DNA of 32,000 bases from Candidatus Moranella endobia PCIT (GCF_000219175.1 NC_015735.1:330001-362000); one strand, 5' to 3'. Counted from the first letter of the stretch, positions 19,830-32,000 are shown. Made by a program: numbers and translations. The notes: generated by a model from the letters alone, not told the origin.

Positions 19830-22424
19830 ATGGGTACAGCCCTTGTTATTGTTGAATCGCCAGCCAAAGCTAAGACAATTAATAAATATTTGGGCAAGGG
19901 CTACGTAGTTAAGTCAAGCGTTGGTCATATTCGCGATTTGCCTAAGAAAAGTCCCGCAAGTAAAAATAAAAATAATACGTGTATACCTGACCAGCATACT
20001 GTGCTAATAAAACGGATGGGAATTGATCCTTTCCATAGTTGGAAAGCAAGGTATGAAATTTTACCCGGTAAAGAAAAGTTGGTGACTGAGTTAAGAGCTT
20101 TGGCGGAAGAAGCCGATCACGTTTATCTCGCAACTGATCTTGACCGCGAAGGGGAGGCGATTGCCTGGCATTTACGCGAAGCTATCGGTGGTGATGAGAA
20201 ACGTTTTAGACGGGTGGTGTTCAATGAAATTACCCGCAACGCTGTCACACAGGCTTTTGAAAATCCGGTAGTACTGAATATGAACCGGGTCAATGCCCAA
20301 CAGGCGAGGCGGTTTATGGACCGCATCGTTGGATATATGGTATCGCCACTACTGTGGAAAAAAATAGCGCGGGGCCTATCTGCTGGAAGGGTCCAATCAG
20401 TGGCAGTGAGACTAGTAGTAGAGCGTGAGCGTGAAATAAAATCGTTTATGCCGGCAGAGTATTGGGAACTACATGTCGCTCTGCAGACGTCACAAGCCGC
20501 ACAATTAATGATGAAAGTGACACATCAGCAGGAAAAACCATTTAAACCGGCAAAGCAACAGCAACTTCAGGCAGCAATCTCTATACTAGAACATACGGAT
20601 TATATAGTTAGCAACCGTGACGATAAAATTACTACCAGTAAACCAGGGTCACCTTTCACAACGTCGACGCTCCAGCAGGCAGCCAGCCTTCACCTAGGAT
20701 ATAGGGTGAAGAAAACCATGTTACTGGCGCAAAGACTGTATGAAGCCGGACATATTACCTATATGCGTACTGACTCCACTCATTTAAGTCGAAATGCGCT
20801 TAACATGGCACGCTGCTATATCAGCGCCGCTTTCGGCCATTCCTATCTGCCAACACAGCCCAAAGAATATGTCAGTAAAAATAATTCCCAGGAAGCTCAT
20901 GAGGCGATACGTCCATCAGACGTCAGTGCCCTTGCGGAGCAGTTGAACAACATGGAAGCAGAAGCACAGAAACTATATCAGTTGATCTGGCGTCAATTTG
21001 TCGCCTGTCAAATGAAGCCGGCGCAATATAATTACACAATACTAACTGTGAACGCTGGTGAATTTCAGCTCAGCGCCCACGGTCGTCAGCTAATGTTTGA
21101 TGGTTGGACCAAAGTTATGCCGACACAGCATACTGAGAAAGACAAGCGTACTTTGCCAACTGTGAAAGAAGGTAACAATCTTACACTGAACAAAATTCTA
21201 CCCAGTCAACATTTCACTAAGCCTCCCGCCCGGTACAGCGAAGCTTCGTTGGTGAAAGAACTGGAAAAACGTGGTATCGGTCGGCCGTCAACCTATGTTT
21301 CGATAATATCGACGATTCAAGAGCGCGGCTATGTCCACGCTGACAATCGTCGTTTTTATGCGGAAAAGATAGGGGAAATTGTCACCGATCGTCTAGAAGA
21401 GAACTTCAGTGAGCTGATGAGTTATGATTTTACCGCCAAAATGGAAGCGACACTCGATCAGGTGGCTACTAATCAGCAGGATTGGAAAAGCGTACTAGAC
21501 GCTTTTTTTTCCAAATTTAGCCAGCAGCTTAAAAACGCTGAGCAAAATCCGGTAGACGGAGGCATGCGGCTCAATCAGATGATTATGACTAGCATCAATT
21601 GTCTTGTCTGTGACCGCCCGATGGGGATCCGTACAGCCAGTACTGGTGTATTCTTGGGCTGTTCAGGCTACCAGCTACCCCCGAAAGATCGCTGCAAAAA
21701 TACTATTCATCTTATCCCTGAATCAGAAACCTTGAATAGGTTTACTGTAGGTGATGAAGAAACCAATGCACTACGCGCACGCCGCCGCTGCGTAAAATGC
21801 CGCACCGCTATGGACAACTATGTCATCGATAGTAAGCGCAAAATCCACGTATGCGGTAAAAATCCGCTGTGTGACGGCTATAATATAGAACAGGGTGAGT
21901 TTATAGTCGTGGCCTATAATGGCCGAGTAGTAGAATGTGAAAAATGTGGCTTCAACATGCAATTGAAATTTGGACGTTTTGGTAAATACATAGCTTGTAC
22001 TAACAACAACTGTAAGAATACCCGCAAGATCCTGCGTAACGGAGATGTAGCGCCGCCGAAGGAAGATCCAGTGCTGCTGCCTGAGCTGCCTTGCTACGGG
22101 CATTCGGACGCGTACTTTGTGCTGCGTGAAGGAGCAGTTGGAGTATTTTTGGCTGCTAATACGTTTCCAAAATACCGTGAGACCCGCAAACCATTAGTAG
22201 CAGAACTAGCTCGTTTCCGCGAACGCTTACCAGTAAAGCTGCAATATCTAGCTGATGCTCCCATAGAGGATGACGAGGGTAATAGCACCTTAGTACGCTT
22301 TAGCCGCAAAACGAAACAACAATATATCTCCTCGGAAAAGGATGGTAAGGCTACAGGCTGGACAGCGTTCTATGTTAACGGTAAATGGCAGGTGAATAGA
22401 AAATCATCCGGTTGCGGTCCTTAG
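19830..22424 (+). CDS. topA: DNA topoisomerase I
   Basis: 864 aa, collinear with E. coli TopA (865 aa). It has the Toprim start [31 protein letters not shown] and the active-site region YITYMRTDS. All three C-terminal Cys4 zinc ribbons are retained. Confidence 0.95.
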   Translation: MGTALVIVESPAKAKTINKYLGKGYVVKSSVGHIRDLPKKSPASKNKNNTCIPDQHTVLIKRMGIDPFHSWKARYEILPGKEKLVTELRALAEEADHVYLATDLDREGEAIAWHLREAIGGDEKRFRRVVFNEITRNAVTQAFENPVVLNMNRVNAQQARRFMDRIVGYMVSPLLWKKIARGLSAGRVQSVAVRLVVEREREIKSFMPAEYWELHVALQTSQAAQLMMKVTHQQEKPFKPAKQQQLQAAISILEHTDYIVSNRDDKITTSKPGSPFTTSTLQQAASLHLGYRVKKTMLLAQRLYEAGHITYMRTDSTHLSRNALNMARCYISAAFGHSYLPTQPKEYVSKNNSQEAHEAIRPSDVSALAEQLNNMEAEAQKLYQLIWRQFVACQMKPAQYNYTILTVNAGEFQLSAHGRQLMFDGWTKVMPTQHTEKDKRTLPTVKEGNNLTLNKILPSQHFTKPPARYSEASLVKELEKRGIGRPSTYVSIISTIQERGYVHADNRRFYAEKIGEIVTDRLEENFSELMSYDFTAKMEATLDQVATNQQDWKSVLDAFFSKFSQQLKNAEQNPVDGGMRLNQMIMTSINCLVCDRPMGIRTASTGVFLGCSGYQLPPKDRCKNTIHLIPESETLNRFTVGDEETNALRARRRCVKCRTAMDNYVIDSKRKIHVCGKNPLCDGYNIEQGEFIVVAYNGRVVECEKCGFNMQLKFGRFGKYIACTNNNCKNTRKILRNGDVAPPKEDPVLLPELPCYGHSDAYFVLREGAVGVFLAANTFPKYRETRKPLVAELARFRERLPVKLQYLADAPIEDDEGNSTLVRFSRKTKQQYISSEKDGKATGWTAFYVNGKWQVNRKSSGCGP

Positions 22425-22711
22425 CCAGAACTGATTTTGCTAATGGACGCTGTTACGCTATTTCTTCGTACCTGGTTAAGTAGCTGCTGCTGTACTGTCT
22501 GGTAGTATTTCACTGTGCGTCAGAGCTTAAGTAATATATTACGACAATAATCGTTCCTCTACTGCCGAAAGCACACCTATCAGCCATGGATCAGCAAAAT
22601 AGGTATGAGTGAGAATAAATTTTCACTAGAGCTAGCCAAGTTGATATTTTGGCCGGGGCGCGATATTATCTCCAATGTATGGTGCGGTGTCCACCCTTGG
22701 GCAACCAGCAG

Positions 22712-23722
22712 TCAGATAAGCTCACGTGCCCTTAATTCTATTTTCAGATAAGCGTAATAAATGGGCGCCGCTATCAAACCTTCCATCCCAAAAGCTGACT
22801 CTAAGATAAGCATGGCCAGTAGTAACTCCCATGATTTAGCATTAATACGGTTGCCAACTATCTCGGCATTTAGAAAGTATTCTAGTTTGTGAATCAAAAT
22901 TAGGTACAGTGCCATCACGCCGCCCACGCTCAATGAGATAGACATAGCCGAAATAATAATCATAACATTTGAAATAAGATTACCGAGAATTGGTAGTAAG
23001 CCAAAGATAAAAGTTGCCAAAATCAGCATTTTACCAAGCGGTAGATATACATCGAACAGCGGGAACAACCAGAGAATAATCATTGAGGTAAGTAGGGTAT
23101 TTACCAGTGATACTTTGATTTGTGCGAAGACAATATTACGGAAAGCTTGAGAAAGATAGTGCAAGCGTTCTAGAAGCTGCTGCGTGAAGTATGTATTATT
23201 ACGGTCAGAAGGTTTATTTAGTGAAATAACTGCGCCAATTATGAGGCCGATAACAATAGTAATTAGTCTGTGGAAGACAGATCTGCCCATATTGCTGATC
23301 ATAATTGAATTTGATTCAACCAAGTCAAATAACTTATCTTTCAGTTCTTCCGTGCTTTTAGGTGGTAACACAGGAAAATAATTAGGGATGCAGTTTTTAA
23401 CATTGGAAAAAATGCGGTTGGTTTTTGCTGTAATGTCGATACCGCGTTGAATATCCGTGGTAAAGCAGCTTATCTGGTGCACTATACCAATTATCAGTGC
23501 AATCGTTAAAAAAACGACGGCTATCAGCGCCATTACTACCAATCGACCGCTTTCTCTGCCTACTAGACGACGATCAAACCACAGTAGCAAGGAAATACTC
23601 ATCTCATACGTCAGAAATCCGGCGATAAAGCAGGGAAACAAATGCAACGGAATGATAATAGTGATAAAAATAAACATCAATAGGTAAGATATTGCTTTCA
23701 GCCATGTCTCACTTACAATCAT
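22712..23722 (-). CDS. polytopic inner-membrane protein, probably an AI-2E (UPF0118/PerM-like) family transporter
   Basis: 336 aa and very hydrophobic, with about 8 predicted TM segments by eye. The C-terminal third resembles the AI-2E family pattern (FGLLPILGNLISNV, then LIHKLEYFLNAEIVGNRINAKSWELLLAMLILESAFGMEGLIAAPI). AAGGA lies about 10 nt upstream of the ATG. Family assignment is from pattern memory only, and I do not recognise the paralogue. Confidence 0.55.
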   Translation of the reverse strand: MIVSETWLKAISYLLMFIFITIIIPLHLFPCFIAGFLTYEMSISLLLWFDRRLVGRESGRLVVMALIAVVFLTIALIIGIVHQISCFTTDIQRGIDITAKTNRIFSNVKNCIPNYFPVLPPKSTEELKDKLFDLVESNSIMISNMGRSVFHRLITIVIGLIIGAVISLNKPSDRNNTYFTQQLLERLHYLSQAFRNIVFAQIKVSLVNTLLTSMIILWLFPLFDVYLPLGKMLILATFIFGLLPILGNLISNVMIIISAMSISLSVGGVMALYLILIHKLEYFLNAEIVGNRINAKSWELLLAMLILESAFGMEGLIAAPIYYAYLKIELRARELI

Positions 23723-24160
23723 TATTATGATTTCCTTTCATTACTGGCTGTTTCCTTTATGGATTGCGCTGATAGCTATCACATTCTGTACGATAAAATT
23801 GCTGTTTTAAATAATTTCGTTTCAACTGTGTTCTAATCTGTCATAGAATGTCATAGAGTGGTTCTACTGAATAAAACGTTGGGTAATGGCAACGACCTGT
23901 CTGCACAGTTTTTATTTAGCTATTCATATGAAGTTCGTGGCAGCACATTTATCTTTATATGCCAGTTAAATCGCTCGACCATACCATTCTTTTGGGTGGG
24001 GTATTTATTTTAAAATGATCATTTGTACCCCCAGCGATCGTACTTAAGTTATGCGCTATAAAAATAGAATATCTTGAGGTTGAATTTTATATTGGGGTAA
24101 AATATTACACATCTACCGCAAATTTTCTACGCCTTGCGCTTATGTCAATAGCTATACTAG

Positions 24161-24718
<558 letters not shown>

Positions 24719-25384
24719 CGCTAAACTTTCCCTAATTAGTCTCGACAAAAGCATGATTTACTTATTTTACCAGGCTATTAGGCTGTTCATGATCGATTAG
24801 GGCACGTATTTATTATTTCTTAACTATTTATGTTACTGTTACGATTACAGTAAAAATTACGCACTGTATTTATTGTATTAGCTATTGCTAGAGTAATGGA
24901 TTGAGATCAAATTAACCGATATTGGTATAATATAACGCATAGATTATAATCTATAAAACATTTCGAGCTGATACATTCTACTAACTGTTTATGAAACTGA
25001 TGCTAATATAGCGTGGCAATGCTTGCAAAGCATAGCATCTCGTCATCAAGAAGGAATCAATTAACCAAGATCGTTACTGTTACTAAGAGTATAAACAGCA
25101 GGTCGTTCTGGTAAAATCACCTAATCTGTACAATAGTTATTGTCTGATTAATAAGAGCAAAAAATCAGTACTGGATTGCGTCCACGTAATTTACGGTTAG
25201 GAAAATAGTTAAGCTAGTAAGACTAGTAAGAGACAGATACATGACAATGTATCGTATCATGTTTAATTTTTGTTTTTTTTGTTCTACCTTGTCTTTATTT
25301 ACCTTTTTTCGTATGATTTATAATCTTAATCTTAGTAGATCACAATCAAGAAATAGATTGAGCATGCTGAAAGCGGAGTCTGTT

Positions 25385-25696
25385 ATGTATGGAGTTTTCC
25401 ACAGCGGTGGTAAACAACACCGAGTAAGAGAAGGTCAGACCGTTCGGCTTGAAAAGCTAGACATCGCCACAGGTAAAACTGTTGAATTTGACCGGGTTAT
25501 GATGATCGTCAACGGCGAAGACATTAAGATTGGTAGTCCTTTTTTAACCGACGGTAAAATTACGGCGGAAGTAGTGGCTCACGGTCGTGGCGAAAAAGTA
25601 AGGATTATCAAATTTCGTCGCCGTAAGCACTTTCGTAAGCATCAGGGCCATCGTCAGTGGTTCACTGACGTTAAAATAATTGGTATTGGATCCTAA
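25385..25696 (+). CDS. rplU: 50S ribosomal protein L21
   Basis: The ORF track begins at 25241. The conserved L21 N-terminus [18 protein letters not shown] starts at the ATG at 25385, with GGAG 6 nt upstream. That gives 103 aa, as in E. coli. Confidence 0.94.
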   Translation: MYGVFHSGGKQHRVREGQTVRLEKLDIATGKTVEFDRVMMIVNGEDIKIGSPFLTDGKITAEVVAHGRGEKVRIIKFRRRKHFRKHQGHRQWFTDVKIIGIGS

Positions 25697-25716
25697 CCAG
25701 GAAGGAGAACTGATTC

Positions 25717-25974
25717 ATGGCACACAAAAAAGCTGGTGGCTCCACACGTAACGGTCGAGACTCAGAAAGCAAACGTCTAGGCGTTAAACGCTTTGGCGGA
25801 GAACTGGTAAATGCCGGTAGCATTATTGTTCGACAACGTGGAACTCAATTCCACCCTGGTACTAACGTAGGCTGCGGCAAGGATCATACGCTATTTGCTT
25901 TGATGACCGGCAAAATTCAGTTTGGAATTAAGGGTACAATGAACCGTCGATTGGTGAGTGTAGTTGTCGAATAA
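25717..25974 (+). CDS. rpmA: 50S ribosomal protein L27
   Basis: 85 aa, [37 protein letters not shown] upstream. Confidence 0.96.
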   Translation: MAHKKAGGSTRNGRDSESKRLGVKRFGGELVNAGSIIVRQRGTQFHPGTNVGCGKDHTLFALMTGKIQFGIKGTMNRRLVSVVVE

Positions 25975-26300
25975 ATATCCTAATAGGAGCCCATAAAGAC
26001 TCTTATTTAGGTTAATTATTAGTTAATTACACTATGTTAGCAAAAAAATACATGTTACCAAATGATTAGAATGGTTAAGTTCTCACCCAATATAGTGTTA
26101 CTCCATAGAACATTTTAAATCGGTTGTTCGCTGGTGCTGACACTACTAGCTGAAATAAATTTGTCTGTTTTTCAGTCATTCATCTATCGACGGTAGCAAC
26201 TGTAATTTTAATAATTTTGACATCGTCATGCTAACTTATTATGCAGCTACAGCTAATTGAGGTGAACAACATTATCAAGCTGCCCGGCAGCTATGGATAG

Positions 26301-27335
<1,035 letters not shown>

Positions 27336-27554
27336 TTTCCAATACCAAAATGGAGAAATTTTGATATAATGCATGTGGGAGGATGATGACTGCATAGCAA
27401 ACGCTGCCAGTACTGAACAGTATTTCAGAGTGCATAAATTATGCAGCTATTGCTGAAGAAATAACTTTATATTTGGATTTATTGTGCTGCTGTTCTAATA
27501 CTCCCTCCTTACCTGGTCATGGAAACTGATAGCAAGAAGACTAACCGAAACTTA

Positions 27555-27764
27555 TTAGATTAGTTTAATCCAACGTTTTTCTGGTATATTTTTGGCATGA
27601 ATAATTAACTCAAACAACGAGAACGGTATTGCTGCAACCAAAATAATAAATAGCTTAAGTAAGCCAAAAAGCCAAAATAACATTATCTGTTCACGATTAT
27701 AAGATGCGATACGATACATAGGCTGCATACGAACATGATCAAACTGATAGTTGCTCACTCCCAT
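27555..27764 (-). pseudogene. dacB: probable C-terminal relic of dacB (PBP4)
   Basis: The 69-aa ORF has no SD (upstream is AACCTCACTCAACATGAC). Three ordered matches to the E. coli DacB C-terminus: GVSNYQF compared with GVYNLAGF, EQIMLFWLF compared with GQRMAFVQYL, and IPFSLFELII compared with IPLVRFESRL. Position and strand, convergent with obgE, match dacB in E. coli. Confidence 0.4.
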
Positions 27765-28163
27765 GTCATGTTGAGTGAGGTTTAAGTTAGGTATTTAAAC
27801 ATTACAGTGATCCATGTCAGGCTGCGTTGCACCTATTTTACACCTTTAACACCCAGTTTGTTTTACAGATATACCGTATAGTTTTCACAGGATAAAAACG
27901 CATGAGGTTATCCACTTGATAACCTGACTGCATACTCATGCTTCTATGTAAACAGACATAAAGAAGTACACAAAGTACACTATGAATCACACCTAACTCT
28001 CAGTAAAATACGTACAAACATGCAAAAATTAGGCTTGCCTTGGCTAAATTGGCCAGGTAAACCTACTGTTATTTGGATTGCTGTTGCTGCTGCAGCATGT
28101 AGTACACAAAATCTAGTAGTGACAGCACCTGCAAAATATTAAGAACGTTAAAGGTACATAATA

Positions 28164-28646
28164 ATGATCATGAACCAGATTCCGATGACTATGCGTGGCG
28201 CTAAAAAACTCAGGGAAGAGCTAGAATATCTCAAAAGCATCCGTCGTCCCGAAATTATCCGGTCGATTGCGGAAGCACGCGAGCAAGGTGATTTAAAAGA
28301 AAACGCCGAGTACCATGCTGCCAGGGAACAACAGGGCTTCTGTGAAGGACGCATCCAGGCAATAGATGCAAAACTGTCCAATGCGCAGGTAATCGATGTG
28401 ACTAAGTTTGCCCCGAGCGGCCGGGTAATTTTTGGTGCTACGGTAAGTGTAGCGAATCTGGAGAGTGACCATCAACAAACATATCGCATTGTTGGCGACG
28501 ATGAGGCTGATTTCAAGCAAAACTTAATTTCAATTAATTCTCCCATCGCCCGCGGGCTGGTTGGCAAAGAAGAAGGGGATTTTGTTGTTATTAACACCCC
28601 TGGTGGAGAGGTTGAGTACGAAATATTAAAGGTACAATATCTATAA
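28164..28646 (+). CDS. greA: transcription elongation factor GreA
   Basis: 160 aa, collinear with E. coli GreA (IPMTxRGAxKLREEL, [23 protein letters not shown], [26 protein letters not shown]). The in-frame ATG at 28170 is an alternative start. Confidence 0.94.
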   Translation: MIMNQIPMTMRGAKKLREELEYLKSIRRPEIIRSIAEAREQGDLKENAEYHAAREQQGFCEGRIQAIDAKLSNAQVIDVTKFAPSGRVIFGATVSVANLESDHQQTYRIVGDDEADFKQNLISINSPIARGLVGKEEGDFVVINTPGGEVEYEILKVQYL

Positions 28647-28699
28647 GCGTCATGTTGGCGCCGTTATTGGCCTTCATTCTTGACCAGTTGCCAACCATG

Positions 28700-28960
28700 A
28701 ACTGTATGCAACAAAAAATATTGTTGGTGTGTTGAGCTAGTATTTACATTACTATAATGTTAGAAGATAAGGATGATGTACCATGTGTGCAACAACCGTG
28801 ACAGCAATAGTAGAAAGAACTCTATTTTATCTATCCCATTATTACCTTGATCACTTCATATTCTTCAACGCCTTCGATGAGCATGACTTCAGGCGTTTCT
28901 TTGCCTAGGTATTAATATGAGTCGGCGCATAATTGGCAAAATTTTTCCACTACGACACTA
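28700..28960 (-). pseudogene. yhbY: degraded yhbY (RNA-binding CRM-domain protein) relic
   Basis: Minus-strand translation of 28834..28911 gives YLGKETPEVMLIEGVEEYEVIKVIMG. Compare E. coli YhbY LLGSNGLTEGVLAEIEQALEHHELIKVKIA. Stop codons flank it at 28912..28914 and 28831..28833. No ORF of 60 aa or more remains. Position and strand, divergent from rlmE and convergent with greA, match E. coli. Confidence 0.45.
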
Positions 28961-28981
28961 TTTTATAGTTGGACCATTAAA

Positions 28982-29611
28982 ATGGCGACTAACAAGCGTT
29001 CTGTCAGTTCCAGCTTATGGCAGCAGAAACACTATAGCGATAAATATTTTCAGCAGGCAAAAAAACAAGGACTGCGTTCTCGTGCCTGGTTTAAACTTGC
29101 TGAAATACAGCAGAGCGACAAACCATTTCGCCCAGGGATGACGGTAGTTGATTTAGGCGCCGCGCCCGGCGGCTGGTCGCAATATGTTGCTACGCAAATC
29201 GGCAGCACAGGGCGTGTTATTGCATGTGATATTCTGCCAATGGATCCGATTGTGGGCGTTGAATTTATGCGTGGCGATGTTCGTGACCATCTGGTCCTGC
29301 AGGCACTAATTGAACGTATAGGCCAACAAAAGGTGCAGGTGTTGCTGTCAGACATGGCGCCTAATATGAGCGGTATGTCAGCAATCGATATTCCTAAATC
29401 AATGTATCTCGTTGAGCTAGCATTAGACATGTGTAAGGATGTGCTGGCGCCTGGTGGTACTTTTCTAGTTAAAGTTTTTCAGGGAGATGGTTTTGATGGC
29501 TATCTACAGATAATACGCTCTCGGTTTAGACAGGTAAAAATTCGTAAACCGCAGGCTTCTCGTGCAAGCTCCCGCGAAGTTTACATTGTGGCGACAGGAA
29601 ACAAATTATAG
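28982..29611 (+). CDS. rlmE: 23S rRNA (uridine2552-2'-O)-methyltransferase
   Basis: 209 aa, the same length as E. coli RlmE and collinear with it ([18 protein letters not shown], [34 protein letters not shown]). Confidence 0.94.
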   Translation: MATNKRSVSSSLWQQKHYSDKYFQQAKKQGLRSRAWFKLAEIQQSDKPFRPGMTVVDLGAAPGGWSQYVATQIGSTGRVIACDILPMDPIVGVEFMRGDVRDHLVLQALIERIGQQKVQVLLSDMAPNMSGMSAIDIPKSMYLVELALDMCKDVLAPGGTFLVKVFQGDGFDGYLQIIRSRFRQVKIRKPQASRASSREVYIVATGNKL

Positions 29612-29668
29612 TAATCTAATTCAACTATTAATTGTTCAACAGTTTGGTGGCAATATGAGGTTCCTACC

Positions 29669-31555
29669 TTGAGGGATATGGCGAAGAACCTGATTCTATG
29701 GCTAATTATCGCAATTGTGCTGATGTCGGTATTCCAGAGTTTCAGGCCCAGCGAGTATAGTAGACATAGAGTAGATTACTCTACCTTTATGTCAGAATTG
29801 CATCAAAATCAGGTTCGTGAAGCACGCATTAACGGTCGTGAAATAACTGTTACCAAAAAAGACAATAATCATTACACTACCTATATTCCGGTCAACGATC
29901 TCAAGCTGCTAGATATTCTTTTGACCAAAAATGTCAAAGTGGTGGGTGAGCCACCGGAAGAACCTAGCCTACTAGCTTCCATCTTTATATCTTGGTTCCC
30001 GATGCTCTTACTAATTGGAGTATGGATATTCTTTATGCGCCAAATACAGGGTAGTGGTGGCAAAGGCGCTATGTCGTTCGGCAAGAGTAAGGCGCGGATG
30101 TTGACAGAAGACCAGATAAAAACGACCTTCGCTGATGTCGCAGGTTGCGATGAAGCGAAGGAAGAGGTACATGAGCTAGTTGATTACTTACGCGAACCAA
30201 GCCGTTTCCAAAAGCTAGGCGGCAAGATTCCTAAAGGCGTGCTAATGGTTGGACCGCCAGGAACCGGTAAAACTCTGCTGGCAAAGGCTATCGCGGGGGA
30301 AGCCAAGGTACCGTTTTTTACTATTTCCGGTTCTGACTTCGTGGAGATGTTTGTTGGTGTTGGCGCTTCCCGCGTTCGGGATATGTTCGAACAGGCGAAA
30401 AAAGCTGCGCCTTGTATCATTTTTATCGATGAAATCGACGCCGTCGGGCGTCAACGTGGTGCTGGCCTAGGCGGCGGTCACGATGAGCGTGAACAGACTC
30501 TAAACCAGATGCTTGTGGAAATGGATGGGTTTGACGGCAATGAAGGTGTTATTGTCATTGCAGCTACCAACCGCCCAGACGTTCTGGATCCGGCGCTGCT
30601 ACGTCCAGGACGTTTTGACCGACAAGTGGTGGTTGGTCTACCTGATGTCCGTGGTAGAGAACAAATTCTAAAGGTACACATGCGAAGTGTGCCGTTAGCG
30701 CCCGATATTGATGCTTCGGTAATTGCGCGCGGTACGCCTGGCTTTTCTGGTGCTGATTTGGCCAACCTAGTGAACGAAGCGGCGTTATTTGCCGCTCGCG
30801 ACAGTAAGCTCATAGTGACGATGGTAGAATTGGAGAAGGCCAAAGATAAAATTATGATGGGCACCGAGCGACGTTCAATGGTTATGACTGAAATGCAAAA
30901 AGAAGCTACCGCCTACCACGAGGCTGGCCATGCGATCATAGGCCGTTTAGTGCCAGAGCATGATCCGTTGCATAAAGTTACCATTATCCCGCGTGGTCAA
31001 TCCCTAGGAGTGACATTTTTCCTACCAGAAGGAGATGCTATTAGCGCTAGCCGCCAGAAGTTGGAAAGCCAAATCGCCACTCTATACGGTGGTCGGCTAG
31101 CTGAGGAGATTATATATGGTCCGGCAAAAGTATCTACTGGAGCGTCTAACGATATTAAAGTAGCGACATCGATTGCTCGCAATATGGTTACCCAGTGGGG
31201 CTTCTCGGATAAGTTGGGTCCGATGCTATATGCGGAGGAAGAGGAGGAAATTTTGCTTGGTCGTGCAGTAGTTGGCAAGATGAAGCATATATCTGATGAA
31301 ACAGCGCGCATAATCGATCAAGAAGTTAAGTCACTGATTGAGCGAAACTATGTCCATGCCCATAAATTGCTGATGGATAATATGGATATTCTGCATGCTA
31401 TGAAAGATGCTTTGATGAAATATGAGACCATCGATGCACAACAGATTGACGATCTTATGAGCCGCAAAGCGATTGTGCGCCCGCCTGCTGGTTGGGATAA
31501 TATCGTCTCTGATAAGAGCTGCGATGAAGTTACTACGTGCCCGCCGAAGACATAG
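29669..31555 (+). CDS. ftsH: ATP-dependent zinc metalloprotease FtsH
   Basis: About 90 percent identical by eye to E. coli FtsH across the AAA module ([34 protein letters not shown]) and the HEAGH zinc site. The TTG at 29669 has GAGG 8 nt upstream. The ATG at 29678 (MAKNLILWL) is the alternative start. The C-terminal tail is shorter than in E. coli. Confidence 0.96.
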   Translation: MRDMAKNLILWLIIAIVLMSVFQSFRPSEYSRHRVDYSTFMSELHQNQVREARINGREITVTKKDNNHYTTYIPVNDLKLLDILLTKNVKVVGEPPEEPSLLASIFISWFPMLLLIGVWIFFMRQIQGSGGKGAMSFGKSKARMLTEDQIKTTFADVAGCDEAKEEVHELVDYLREPSRFQKLGGKIPKGVLMVGPPGTGKTLLAKAIAGEAKVPFFTISGSDFVEMFVGVGASRVRDMFEQAKKAAPCIIFIDEIDAVGRQRGAGLGGGHDEREQTLNQMLVEMDGFDGNEGVIVIAATNRPDVLDPALLRPGRFDRQVVVGLPDVRGREQILKVHMRSVPLAPDIDASVIARGTPGFSGADLANLVNEAALFAARDSKLIVTMVELEKAKDKIMMGTERRSMVMTEMQKEATAYHEAGHAIIGRLVPEHDPLHKVTIIPRGQSLGVTFFLPEGDAISASRQKLESQIATLYGGRLAEEIIYGPAKVSTGASNDIKVATSIARNMVTQWGFSDKLGPMLYAEEEEEILLGRAVVGKMKHISDETARIIDQEVKSLIERNYVHAHKLLMDNMDILHAMKDALMKYETIDAQQIDDLMSRKAIVRPPAGWDNIVSDKSCDEVTTCPPKT

Positions 31556-31651
31556 AGTGCTATTGTTGAATAATACGGTAATCGATCATAGTAATAGTCA
31601 TTAGATACTGGTAGCATCATGCGATACTCTCACCATAGTAGCGCCGCAACA

Positions 31652-31790
31652 ATGCAACTCGATAACGTTCACGGAACCTTGACGCTACGCGCATCTCGCT
31701 GTCAGCTAAGCTGGTATACATACAAGCACAGAGGTTTAGTAACAGTTAGGCGCCCACGGGCGAGTTATTTTATATAAGTATGGTACCGAT
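31652..31790 (+). pseudogene. folP: possible folP (dihydropteroate synthase) relic
   Basis: An ATG lies 97 nt after the ftsH stop, where folP starts in E. coli. It gives MQLDNVHGTLTL (compare MKLFAQGTSLDL). After a frame change it gives AHLAVS*AGIHTSTEV (compare SHPHVMGILNVTPDS). It is broken by stops and the similarity is weak. Confidence 0.3.
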
Positions 31791-32000
31791 CCAAAGTTAG
31801 CCTTATCTTAGAAGAAGAGGAGGAATAGATCGTGCATGCAGATTAACCATATAGCGTATTATATCGCGGTGTAAGTGGTTTACTGAAGTAGCTACAAAAT
31901 TTACTTGCAATACATGCAATAAAATTGTACTTTAGTTATTATTCATAGTTCATAGTTGTTTCAGTTGAATGTTCCAGGTACGTTGTTTGTGGTTGTAGTT

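Noticed and set aside
25241-25384. 48-codon N-terminal extension of the rplU ORF, with similar extensions at pfkA 5281..5343, tkt 7355..7366 and murJ 15940..15972
   Set aside because: In each case the conserved protein N-terminus begins at an internal ATG. For rplU, pfkA and tkt that ATG also has a better SD. The extensions are low-complexity AT-rich read-through.
27555-27764. The 69-aa hydrophobic ORF, considered as a novel small membrane protein
   Set aside because: It has no SD, and its Phe/Leu/Ile-rich composition is expected from AT-rich DNA. Position, strand and residual similarity are better explained as a dacB C-terminal relic.
27908-27916. DnaA-box-like TTATCCACT inside an 8-bp hairpin (27905..27925)
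   Set aside because: It is a single 8-of-9 match. I saw no cluster of boxes, no AT-rich 13-mers and no GATC clustering. The flanking genes are not an oriC context.
28933-28961. Sigma70-like TTGGCA-17-CACTAT upstream of rlmE, and a search for the sigma32 heat-shock promoter known for rlmE-ftsH in E. coli
   Set aside because: The sigma70 candidate would leave only a 13-nt leader or so, and a competing TATAGT exists. I found no convincing CTTGAAA/CCCCAT-type sigma32 pair. This is too ambiguous to report as a feature.
30478-30864. Long antisense ORFs inside conserved genes: 128 aa in ftsH, 126 aa at 29050..29430 in rlmE, 120 aa at 14181..14543 in argH, and 110 aa at 21771..22103 in topA
   Set aside because: These are typical shadow ORFs opposite strongly conserved coding frames. 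Their composition is Ser/Arg/Pro-rich, and none has an independent start signal.

Overview
This window looks like part of a gene-poor, AT-drifted Enterobacterales chromosome of the reduced-genome, insect-endosymbiont type. I cannot name the organism from the sequence alone. I support 21 intact housekeeping CDS whose products are collinear with E. coli proteins: cysE, cpxR, tpiA, pfkA, tkt, dolP, ybeY, proS, argH, sodA, murJ, argS, topA, one AI-2E-type permease, tadA, rplU, rpmA, obgE, greA, rlmE and ftsH. There is also a four-gene tRNA operon (Leu-UAG, Gln-UUG, Met-CAU, Gln-CUG) and RNase P RNA (rnpB). By my own sum of feature lengths, about 23.6 kb of 32 kb is genic. That leaves roughly a quarter as AT-rich spacer, far more than in free-living enterics. 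Several spacers hold recognisable relics of genes that sit at the same relative position in E. coli: cpxA, a metT tRNA, and less certainly dacB, yhbY, folP and ybeZ. Adjacent genes map to many distant E. coli loci, so this looks like a set of deletion survivors rather than an accessory island. I found no defence system, CRISPR array, transposase, integrase, prophage, toxin-antitoxin pair or other multi-gene candidate for a novel system, and I do not want to manufacture one. The observations worth a second look are decay and mutational signatures. These are a sensor-less, frameshifted cpxA beside an intact cpxR, with a perfect 46-bp palindrome at the deletion junction. A degraded tRNA-Met now serves as the leader of the tRNA operon. 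Two mutually exclusive hairpins plus an Arg-rich mini-ORF abut the argH ribosome-binding site. A nested palindrome lies upstream of ybeY. The tetranucleotide CTAG is unusually abundant for an enteric lineage. All coordinates come from reading the sequence by eye, and E. coli comparisons are from memory rather than a database search.
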